Below, piece after piece: positions 29,682 to 36,886 of a stretch of DNA of 64,000 nucleotides. The stretch covers positions 7,815 through 71,814 of IMG/VR virus record IMGVR_UViG_3300049581_000247. One strand, 5' to 3'. The translations under genes and the position numbers were made by a program. A model generated the notes under the pieces. It worked only from the letters and a program-made list of their open reading frames with translations. It had not been told where the DNA came from and did not search any database. Each line of letters opens with the position of its first letter. The stretch's first letter is position 1. The DNA is from a virus. Taxonomy: Duplodnaviria; Caudoviricetes.

Positions 29682-29815
29682 TTTTGATTTGGGTTGAAAA
29701 GAGGGGGCCTGTGACGGCGGCCCGTCCGTGCTGTACCGGCTTTTGTGCATTCCTCCGCACGCATTTGCCTCACCGGTTTCGGTCTGAACGCTGGTGCAGT
29801 GATCGTTCGGAACCC

Positions 29816-29983
29816 TCACACAGGAGGCTTCGGGCTTCTAGGCCCGAGGTTGCTGCCATGCTGCTCCAGGGAAAAGGCTTGGGATCGGCCGCAACCATGC
29901 ATTACGATGATCGCGCCGATGGCAATCAGGATAAGGCAGAAAAATACCTCCATGGATATGCCATTACCAGGGTCGGTGTTCAT
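29816..29983 (-). CDS. Small membrane protein (55 aa)
   Basis: VFFCLILIAIGAIIVM transmembrane segment. Confidence 0.5.
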   Translation of the reverse strand: MNTDPGNGISMEVFFCLILIAIGAIIVMHGCGRSQAFSLEQHGSNLGPRSPKPPV

Positions 29984-30051
29984 AGAATCTGGAGATGTCG
30001 GAAAGTTGTCGGAATGGGATCGGGCGCGCCGGGAAAAACTTCGCCTTCGTT

Positions 30052-30702
30052 CTATGTGGCCCGTTGCTTGTTGATGAACGCCACGGCCTGACGGCCGAGA
30101 TGCTCCGAATAAGCGGGCGGGATCGCCTGACAAAGCTCGTGGCGTGTCTTCATCCAGTCGATCCCCATCGCCGCCTCCCACCGAGGGCGCTGAGCCGCGT
30201 AAGGGATTTTGTGGGTGCTGCGCTGACCTCCGCCGTGAACGCTCACGTAGGTTCCGTCCGCCACATTGCCCCTGTGCCTGCACGGACTTGGCGCAATCAG
30301 CGGGATGTTCGATTCAAAGAGTCGGTGCCGAATCACTCCGAGTCCGAACATGGTCCCGCAGAGCATGAGCGGCGATTCCAACGGGGCACCGGGCACGTTC
30401 TCCATGATCCACGGGCCGCCCCACGCCTTCAGTTTCTCACGGGTTGCGGCCACAAGCGACCCGAGTTCACCCTTCTTTGCGTGATTGATCGCGGTGTGCG
30501 CTTGGCATGGTGGCGATGCCCACACAAAATCAACGCCGGTCAGGCTAGCCGCGAGCGCATCCCCTAGGTTGAAACGGAATGGATAGCTGCGTTGGGGCTC
30601 GATGTCCCAGCCGTCTATGATTGTGAACCCGGCACGGTTCAGCCCCACGGCGGCACCGCCGGCACAGCAGAAAAGATCAACGGCGTGAAGTGGTGCGTGC
30701 AT
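30052..30702 (-). CDS. DNA cytosine-5 methyltransferase (216 aa, orphan)
   Basis: Motif I DLFCCAGG, IV ASPPCQ, VI MENV, VIII RHRLFE, X QAIPPAY. Confidence 0.88.
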   Translation of the reverse strand: MHAPLHAVDLFCCAGGAAVGLNRAGFTIIDGWDIEPQRSYPFRFNLGDALAASLTGVDFVWASPPCQAHTAINHAKKGELGSLVAATREKLKAWGGPWIMENVPGAPLESPLMLCGTMFGLGVIRHRLFESNIPLIAPSPCRHRGNVADGTYVSVHGGGQRSTHKIPYAAQRPRWEAAMGIDWMKTRHELCQAIPPAYSEHLGRQAVAFINKQRAT

Positions 30703-30716
30703 ACCTTTTCGTTCTC

Positions 30717-31181
30717 TCAGGCTTTGACCGCCGCTTTGAACTGCTCCCACGCGGCCGCGATACGCGCGTCCTGCTCAACCTGCTCAGCAGGGGTAAGCTC
30801 GCGTGGATCGCCACGGATGGCAGCGCCGACGATCAACGTCATGCGATCCGGGTCGGCGTTGAAGTCATAGCCCGAATGCACCCGCTGACTCAGCATCTCC
30901 AGAGCGCGGAGCCGGTCGGACTCGCGAACCGTCACGGCCTCGCCGTCCTCATCCGCCTCGCCGCCGATCGTGAGGAAAGGCTCGGTGTTGCAGCCTTCCT
31001 GTTTGTTTTCGGCGATTTCCTCATCGGAGAGACCGTCCTTCGGATCGACCTCCTCGACCACCGGATCGCTGATCGACGTATCGCGTTCATCGTCGCACCC
31101 GGCGCGGCTGGGATCGAAGTGGAAAATCGGGAGGTCAGGGCCGGCGAGCAGCTCGCGGGCGAATTGATGGGCTGTTTTCAT
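30717..31181 (-). CDS. Hypothetical acidic protein (154 aa)
   Basis: ORF track; GC3-biased codons. Confidence 0.65.
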   Translation of the reverse strand: MKTAHQFARELLAGPDLPIFHFDPSRAGCDDERDTSISDPVVEEVDPKDGLSDEEIAENKQEGCNTEPFLTIGGEADEDGEAVTVRESDRLRALEMLSQRVHSGYDFNADPDRMTLIVGAAIRGDPRELTPAEQVEQDARIAAAWEQFKAAVKA

Positions 31182-31204
31182 AGTTAAAGCTTTCATTCTG
31201 CTAG

Positions 31205-31354
31205 CTATTGCAGCGCCTCGCGCACGATGGCGCGGGCCTGTTTGAGCCGGGTTTTATCGCCAGCCCGCTTCTTTTCCTGCTCACGCAGCCATCGCCTTTG
31301 ATCGGGCGTCAGGTGCTTCGCGTGGTCGAGATAGATTCGGATACTGCGGCGCAT
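31205..31354 (-). CDS. Small basic protein, possibly DNA-binding (49 aa)
   Basis: Hand-translated MRRSIRIYLDHAKHLTPDQRRWLREQEKKRAGDKTRLKQARAIVREALQ. Confidence 0.5.
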   Translation of the reverse strand: MRRSIRIYLDHAKHLTPDQRRWLREQEKKRAGDKTRLKQARAIVREALQ

Positions 31355-31360
31355 AGTGGT

Positions 31361-31555
31361 TCAGGGTGCACAGTCCGGGCAATGGTCGGTAAGCGTCCCG
31401 TGTTTGCAGCGGTGCTCGTGAGAATGTTGTGAATGCGGTTTTCCCGGCGTGTCCCGGTCAGTGGCCGCCAACTGTTCGGCCTCCCGAGCCGATTGTTCCT
31501 GCAAGGCCCGTTCGCAGAGCTTCGAGTTGCGGATGATGCGGCCAGCGTATTTCAT
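31361..31555 (-). CDS. Hypothetical protein with C-terminal CxH..CxxC (64 aa)
   Basis: ORF track; RCKHG..HCPDC. Confidence 0.55.
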   Translation of the reverse strand: MKYAGRIIRNSKLCERALQEQSAREAEQLAATDRDTPGKPHSQHSHEHRCKHGTLTDHCPDCAP

Positions 31556-31573
31556 GGTTCGTTCTCGGTTGAA

Positions 31574-31753
31574 TTAACGGCCAGCGATGGAACACGCGGC
31601 ATTGTGTGCCGATTGCTCAATATTCGCACAGGCAGCATCCCAACGGCGGTTCATGTCGTTGATTGCCTCAATCGCCGCATCCGCAACCCTTTTGGAGTCT
31701 TCGGGCGTGAGCATTGAGTTTACGATTGGCGTGAAGTGTTCGGGTGGTGGCAT
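31574..31753 (-). CDS. Hypothetical protein (59 aa)
   Basis: Hand-translated MPPPEHFTPIVNSMLTPEDSKRVADAAIEAINDMNRRW... Confidence 0.45.
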   Translation of the reverse strand: MPPPEHFTPIVNSMLTPEDSKRVADAAIEAINDMNRRWDAACANIEQSAHNAACSIAGR

Positions 31754-31783
31754 GGGTGTCTTTCGTGTTTGGTGAGGTGGTGC

Positions 31784-31969
31784 TCACGACGCCCTCCCCG
31801 ACGGCACCGCCTCATCCGCGAACCCGTCGCGATGGACGAACCGGCACGTCGGCACCCACTTCGACATCGCTTGACCCGGCTTCGGCTGTGACCCGGAACA
31901 GACCCAGACCCCCTTGGCCTGCATGACGAGAATGTTGCCGCACTTCGGACACTTGTACTGTGGTTTCAT
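31784..31969 (-). CDS. Zinc-ribbon protein (61 aa)
   Basis: YKCPKCG..VWVCSG..TCRF. Confidence 0.6.
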   Translation of the reverse strand: MKPQYKCPKCGNILVMQAKGVWVCSGSQPKPGQAMSKWVPTCRFVHRDGFADEAVPSGRAS

Positions 31970-32009
31970 TTTTCTTGGTTGGTGTTGATGTTGTTTGGCT
32001 GGAACTGAA

Positions 32010-32459
32010 TTATCCGGAGAGCGGATGGACTATCCGCCTCACCACGTATTTGACCTGGTACCGATAGACCCATTCGTTCGCCGCCAAAGGGCCGGTCCCT
32101 GAGAAGTGAACCCGGTCGCCGTCAACCTCGTCGATCATGTGGCAGATTAGCTTCGGGGTGATCCCGCGTCGGCGGACCAGGGGCTGGTAGATCGCCACCA
32201 TGCCGGCCTGGAGCTGAACGCCATCGGCTGGTTCAACCAGGAGCAGGTCATCCTGGTGGATGAATGGCTCCATCGAATTGCCCCGCGACGAGATCAGGGA
32301 TATCTCGTCCGGTCGCGCGCCGGTCCATTCTCCGATGGCGCCGACGAAGTCGATGCCATTCAGGCCTTCACGGGAGACGATCGGCTTGATCGCCGGCCGC
32401 GTGGTGCAGCCGGCGATGAACAGGGCGATGCCGATCGTGATTAGCGGTATGTGGCGCAA
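32010..32459 (-). CDS. Lipoprotein with S24/S26 signal-peptidase-like domain (149 aa)
   Basis: Lipobox IAGC (Cys18); GNSMEP nucleophile motif; GMVAIY; KLICHMI. Confidence 0.7.
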   Translation of the reverse strand: MRHIPLITIGIALFIAGCTTRPAIKPIVSREGLNGIDFVGAIGEWTGARPDEISLISSRGNSMEPFIHQDDLLLVEPADGVQLQAGMVAIYQPLVRRRGITPKLICHMIDEVDGDRVHFSGTGPLAANEWVYRYQVKYVVRRIVHPLSG

Positions 32460-32851
32460 AACATTCTCTCGCCCCGGGCATCCAGCATGGATCGGGTTGA
32501 GATCAACATCCTGAGGTCAGCCCGAAGTTGTTCAAGCTCATTCTGGCTATACCAGAAACCGAGCTCCTCGATTTGCCTGACCATGTCGGTCTCGACCGGG
32601 CCGAGCATGTCGGAGGCGGTGCGGTAAATATTCTGGATGGAGGGGGCCGGCTGGGTTGCCGTCGGTTCGTCGCGCGGTTCGTCGCACTGGGATTTCACCT
32701 CAATACCGGGGCAGGCTGAACGTTCGGGGAATACCTGCCCGAGGATGGCGTAGATCAGCAGCATCGCGCAAAACAGCGCAAAGGCCAGGATGATAACCGG
32801 CGCCAACGGCAGGAGCAGGATGGTTAGGATGATTTTGACTGTTTGGTTCAT
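32441..32851 (-). CDS. Membrane protein (136 aa)
   Basis: Long N-terminal hydrophobic stretch. Confidence 0.65.
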   Translation of the reverse strand: MNQTVKIILTILLLPLAPVIILAFALFCAMLLIYAILGQVFPERSACPGIEVKSQCDEPRDEPTATQPAPSIQNIYRTASDMLGPVETDMVRQIEELGFWYSQNELEQLRADLRMLISTRSMLDARGERMFCATYR

Positions 32852-33035
32852 GGTGAAATTATTTGGCGCGCTTCCGCTTTTTCAGGATGCGGGCGATCAG
32901 CACGGCGCTGCGCTGTTCGATCTTGCGCAGGATTGATATGGCGGCTTCATTCCGGCCCCTCGACTCGGCGTAGGATTTTAGTTTGGTTTTAATGATGTCT
33001 CATTCTTTGGTCGATGCCGACCGGTTTTGTTCAGT

Positions 33036-33254
33036 TTATGAGTCACAAACCTCAACCTCGATGTTTGAGGCCGGATAGACGCGCCTGGAGCCGAGATCGC
33101 CATCCTCGAGCAGGCAGACACTATGGAATCCCTCCATGTGCAGGAAGGTCACGACCGTCCCTGTCCTGATGTTGCTGGCGATATCCGATTCGGAGCACTG
33201 GCGGTTCCAGATGAACCGGTCTCGGGGTTTCAGGGACCAGAGTTTGGCGGTCAT
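33036..33254 (-). CDS. Small beta-barrel-like protein (72 aa)
   Basis: ORF track; WSLKPRDRF..GTVVTF. Confidence 0.55.
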   Translation of the reverse strand: MTAKLWSLKPRDRFIWNRQCSESDIASNIRTGTVVTFLHMEGFHSVCLLEDGDLGSRRVYPASNIEVEVCDS

Positions 33255-33550
33255 CGGAGTTCCAGCATGAAGGTGATGCAGAACGTCGGCAGCTTGAATT
33301 TCGATTTTCTGGAGGTCAGGGCTCTGTCGAACCGATCGATGAATATGTCCATCTTCTTGGTGTGCTTGGCCACACTGTTGCCAACCAGGGTGTATCCGGC
33401 CACCTCGACCCTTAGCCCCGGGAACCTATCCTTGAGGGCAAGAGCAATTGGGCATAGGCTGCAATTGCATTGCTCGCCGTTGACCAGGTGCCTCCGCTTC
33501 AGGGTGATCTTGTATCGTCCGACCGGACTCTCGGTTGTTTTGGTTTTCAT
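33251..33550 (-). CDS. Hypothetical protein (99 aa)
   Basis: CSLCPIALALK..F pattern; ATGA coupling. Confidence 0.65.
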   Translation of the reverse strand: MKTKTTESPVGRYKITLKRRHLVNGEQCNCSLCPIALALKDRFPGLRVEVAGYTLVGNSVAKHTKKMDIFIDRFDRALTSRKSKFKLPTFCITFMLELR

Positions 33551-33720
33551 TTTCTTTGAGTGGGCTTAAGCAGCCCGAGTTTTCTGGCCTCGATGAATGC
33601 CTCGTTCAGGGCGCCGATATCACCCGTGGTCTTGCCAAGCCATCCCCGTGGCAGACTATCCATGAACTGGAGGAATAGCTTCAGGGTTTTCTCGAGGTGT
33701 TTCTCTCTGGTTGTTTTCAT
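33547..33720 (-). CDS. Hypothetical protein (57 aa)
   Basis: MKTTREKHLEK; A/C-rich leader CCAACCAACCAAC-ATG. Confidence 0.6.
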   Translation of the reverse strand: MKTTREKHLEKTLKLFLQFMDSLPRGWLGKTTGDIGALNEAFIEARKLGLLKPTQRK

Positions 33721-33744
33721 GTTGGTTGGTTGGGTGGGCCTCAC

Positions 33745-34235
33745 ATTCTGTATTACTCTGCCCCTTCCGGGGGCGGTGTGTTCCCAAAGCCCCCCTAACC
33801 CCCATTGGTATTTTGGGAGTTTGGGGAACTTCAGGCAGTGTATTGATCTGCCCCATTCCGTCGGGTGTGAACCTGCGCTTTCGCGCATTACCGTCAGGAG
33901 CTTCGGCGGGTACGGGCCTATCTTTGCCGATCTTTACCGCTCCCAACAGGCCAGGCGCTTTCTAAAGGCGCCTCCCATTTTTATGCTGCCTACCCCGGGA
34001 TTGCACCGTCTTCAGCAGCACCCTAAATTAGTCTTATCAGCCGTCGCCCCATCGTCGTTCGATATTCGCGGGATGGGATGCGGTCGAAGCCGTGACGCTG
34101 TGCGGCCTGCGCTGCTTGTTGAGGGCCATAAAGCAGAAGGCCCGACGTCGGTAAGTCCGTCGAGCCTCCTCTCCTAAGTTCTGGGTCTAGCCATTACCAG
34201 GGAAATTTCTCCACGCGCTTACCGGCGCTACCCCG
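33745..34235 (-). ncRNA. Candidate structured non-coding RNA region
   Basis: About 500 nt without a convincing ORF; hairpins GCGC-GAAA-GCGC, GGCGC..GCGCC, TGCTGC..GCAGCA; CCGGGGTAG occurs twice. Confidence 0.35.
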
Positions 34236-34284
34236 GTGAAGAAGTTGGGGATTGGCCCCATTGCAAGAACTAAAAACAAAAATC

Positions 34285-34356
34285 TGGAGCCCGCCCCTGG
34301 AATCGAACCAGACCACCAGCCATACAAAGAGCGGTGTTGGCGCCGGCCATGCGGGC
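34285..34356 (-). tRNA. Degenerate tRNA-Thr(UGU)-like element
   Basis: GCCCGC/GCGGGC acceptor, U73 plus CCA, T arm TCTGG-TTCGATT-CCAGG, loop TT-TGT-AT; D arm shortened, anticodon stem mispaired (72 nt). Confidence 0.55.
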
Positions 34357-34364
34357 TAAAGGCG

Positions 34365-35021
34365 TTATCGTGGCGTGCAGAGCACATCAATCTGGACCAT
34401 GTCGAAATTCAGCCAGGACTCGGCCGGCTTGACGTCGTAGCCCAAGGACTGGAGAGGGTCGATGATGTCGCTGTTGGTGTATCCGTTCAGGGCCAGGGCT
34501 TCCTTCTGGATTTCGATGAGCATGACCGGCCGATGGCGAGCAAGGGTCTTCATGGCCCCGGCGATGGCGTCCGGCTCGTACCCCTCGATGTCCATCTTGA
34601 TGAACTCGATTCTGGGTGAGTCGGGCTTGATGACATCGTCCAGTGCGTACATCGCAACATCGCCACCGGAGACAACCCGGGCCATGCCTAGGTTCTTGTT
34701 CTGGTGGTTTTCAACCCCGACGGTGCCGGTTTTCCTGCCCAAGGCGGCATTGACAGGGGTCACGTTGGGGTAGGCCTTCATGTTGTGCGCAAGGCATTCG
34801 TAGGCCAGCTTGTTCGGCTCGAAGGCGATAACCTGGCCATTGGGGCCGACCAGCTCCGAGTAGGTCGAGGTGTGGTCGCCCAGGCAGGCGCCGGCATCGA
34901 TCACGATTCCGCCCCGCGGGATCAGGTGCTTGAACATATCCAGGTACTCCTTGGCTACGTTCAGCCGGCGCTGCTCGATGATCCACTTGCTGAGGTGGGT
35001 GTCACCATCGACCACTGCCAC
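34365..35021 (-). CDS. FkbM-family SAM methyltransferase (about 218 aa)
   Basis: VIDAGACLGDHT, VIAFEP, IKMDIEGYE, PVMLIE. Confidence 0.88.
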   Translation of the reverse strand: MAVVDGDTHLSKWIIEQRRLNVAKEYLDMFKHLIPRGGIVIDAGACLGDHTSTYSELVGPNGQVIAFEPNKLAYECLAHNMKAYPNVTPVNAALGRKTGTVGVENHQNKNLGMARVVSGGDVAMYALDDVIKPDSPRIEFIKMDIEGYEPDAIAGAMKTLARHRPVMLIEIQKEALALNGYTNSDIIDPLQSLGYDVKPAESWLNFDMVQIDVLCTPR

Positions 35022-35049
35022 GCCGAAATCGGTGATAATTATGAAATTG

Positions 35050-35208
35050 TTACTTTACGCGCCGCAGGTTGGGGTTGGCCTTGGCCGCACCATTGGTGAC
35101 CGCCTTGCGCGTGGCCGCCGCAAGTATGGCGGCGGCATGCCGGTAGGGAATCTTCTGCTTGTGCGCGATCTTGGTCGCGGCGTTCTCAAAACCGTAATGC
35201 TTTGGCAT
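35050..35208 (-). CDS. Small basic phage protein (52 aa)
   Basis: Hand-translated MPKHYGFENAATKIAHKQKIPYRHAAAILAAATRKAVTNGAAKANPNLRRVK. Confidence 0.65.
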   Translation of the reverse strand: MPKHYGFENAATKIAHKQKIPYRHAAAILAAATRKAVTNGAAKANPNLRRVK

Positions 35209-35245
35209 GGGGGCACAATTTACCGCTATACCGGCATTGTCGAGG

Positions 35246-35273
35246 GGGAACTATAACCACCATTATGTTATGA
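35246..35273. other. dif-like Xer recombination site 1 (11-6-11)
   Basis: GGGAACTATAA-CCACCA-TTATGTTATGA; right arm matches the E. coli dif XerD arm TTATGTTAAAT at 8/11, left arm ends in ATAA. Confidence 0.5.
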
Positions 35274-35296
35274 ATTAACCCCAATTTTACTGTTTA

Positions 35297-35326
35297 AGCG
35301 ACCATAAACTGCGTATTATGGTCAAC
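35297..35326. other. cer/dif-like Xer recombination site 2 (11-8-11)
   Basis: AGCGACCATAA-ACTGCGTA-TTATGGTCAAC; 8 bp perfect inverted repeat; right arm 9/11 identical to the ColE1 cer arm TTATGGTAAAT. Confidence 0.55.
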
Positions 35327-35364
35327 GAACTTTCTGGACAAAACCGGCCCACAAAAGTCGTCGC

Positions 35365-35511
35365 TCACGTTTCCCACCCCGACGGCAGTGCCCTATTCGG
35401 GCACCAGCAGGTTTGGCCCCTCCCGTGGTCTATAAGGACGCCGCCAAGCGTGGAGGTCACTCGGCCCGTCCGGCGGCAAACAGGGCACTCCTTGGCCTTA
35501 ATTCCGACCAT
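35365..35511 (-). CDS. Small Cys-containing protein (48 aa)
   Basis: ECPVC..TCWCP. Confidence 0.45.
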   Translation of the reverse strand: MVGIKAKECPVCRRTGRVTSTLGGVLIDHGRGQTCWCPNRALPSGWET

Positions 35512-35516
35512 TACGG

Positions 35517-35945
35517 TCAAGGCTGAGCCGTCCAGCCCAGCTCGCGGCCGGATAGCCTGGCTTCCGGCTTCAGCACCGGGATAACCCGCTCGATGCTGAC
35601 CATCGTTACTCCCAGTTCGGTTTTGCATATTCTTGAGAAGGACCATTCAGACAGGTCGATGATGCGGTTTTCCCTCTTGACCAGCCGCCAGTCGGGACCC
35701 CGCGTTCGGACCGTGACAGTCACCGACCGGCCGGTCTGGAGGCAGGTGACCTTGAGCTCGGTGCCGAGCGGATAAAACCAGGAGGCGCAAGCCGAGCTGT
35801 ACCGGTCGAACTTGGTCCCGTCCGACATGATCTGACCCTCACACTCCCGCCCCATCCACGCCGCCCGTCCGATAACCTCGTCCGGCTCGAAGTTGAACAG
35901 CCGGGTCAGCGCCGCCGAGGCAAGGAAGAGGACTTTCATGTTCAT
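35517..35945 (-). CDS. RlpA-like double-psi beta-barrel protein (142 aa)
   Basis: GRAAW.G..MSDGTKFD..CASWFYPLGTELKVT..GRSVTVTVRTRGP..RIIDLS. Confidence 0.8.
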   Translation of the reverse strand: MNMKVLFLASAALTRLFNFEPDEVIGRAAWMGRECEGQIMSDGTKFDRYSSACASWFYPLGTELKVTCLQTGRSVTVTVRTRGPDWRLVKRENRIIDLSEWSFSRICKTELGVTMVSIERVIPVLKPEARLSGRELGWTAQP

Positions 35946-36886
35946 CTCGCCGCATTCGCCTCGGCCTCGTTCCCGTCGGCTTCAGCTTGGAGCTTGAGGA
36001 GCCTCGGGGTCCAGAACCCCTCCGGCACCTTGCCGAAGATGTCATTCAGGATGGCGGTCAGCTTTGGCCTGGCGGCATCACGCAGCCATATCAGGCCCTC
36101 CGCGTTGACCCTCAGGATCATGAGCGGCTTTCCCGACAGCTTGGCGGCCACGGCGTTGGCGATCTTGTAGAAGGCCACATCCGTCGTATCGCGGGTATTC
36201 TCGGCGTTCATCGCGTGGAGGTAGAGGTGGAGGGCGCGGGCCGGATCGCGCTCGGTGAATCCGATGGCGTCCTTGATCTGCTTCACGAGGACTCCGGCCT
36301 GCGCGGGGTTGACCATCTGCGCCAGCATCAGGGCTCCCGCCATCGGACGGGGGCAGAGCTTGCGGAGCTGGTTCTTGTAGTGGGCGGCGATCACCACGTC
36401 TGCCTCGATATGGGTCAGTATCTTTTTCGCCATCCACGGCTCGAAGGTGGCGCTGCCGCCGATGCCGTGCCGGTAGAGGGCACTGAGGACCGAGGCCATC
36501 AGGGTGGGATGGGGCAGGTCGCTGCGCGTCGTCGACAGCATGTCGCCCAGCGTGCGCTCGGCGCCCTGCCCGATCACCTCGAATTCCTCCGGTTCGCAGC
36601 CGAACCACACCGTCATCTCGGCGGCGACGCCGGCCTCGACCACCGCCCACAGGCGATGCTGGCCCTCGATCAGGGTTTCCTTGCAGTGGTTGCCGTTCGC
36701 GTCGGTGAACGGCTTGGAGAAGGCGATGGGCTCAGGAGTGAGCCTCCATTCCCCCCGCTTCATCGCCAGCGCATAGGAGTCCACCAGATGCTGGCGGATG
36801 GGTCGGTTGTGCGTGTTCTTTTCCAGCCATTTCGTGGCCACCTCCGGGGTGACCTGCATGATCTTTACTTTGCGCGTGTTGCTCAT
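35942..36886 (-). CDS. ParB/Srx-superfamily protein (314 aa)
   Basis: VTPEVATKWL..NRPI..YA..MKRGEW..PIAF..LIEGQHRLWAVV. Confidence 0.72.
   Translation of the reverse strand: MSNTRKVKIMQVTPEVATKWLEKNTHNRPIRQHLVDSYALAMKRGEWRLTPEPIAFSKPFTDANGNHCKETLIEGQHRLWAVVEAGVAAEMTVWFGCEPEEFEVIGQGAERTLGDMLSTTRSDLPHPTLMASVLSALYRHGIGGSATFEPWMAKKILTHIEADVVIAAHYKNQLRKLCPRPMAGALMLAQMVNPAQAGVLVKQIKDAIGFTERDPARALHLYLHAMNAENTRDTTDVAFYKIANAVAAKLSGKPLMILRVNAEGLIWLRDAARPKLTAILNDIFGKVPEGFWTPRLLKLQAEADGNEAEANAAR

Noticed and set aside
34009-34015. Hammerhead core CUGAAGA on the minus strand
   Set aside because: The following stem is not followed by the required GAAA, and no stem I/III could be built
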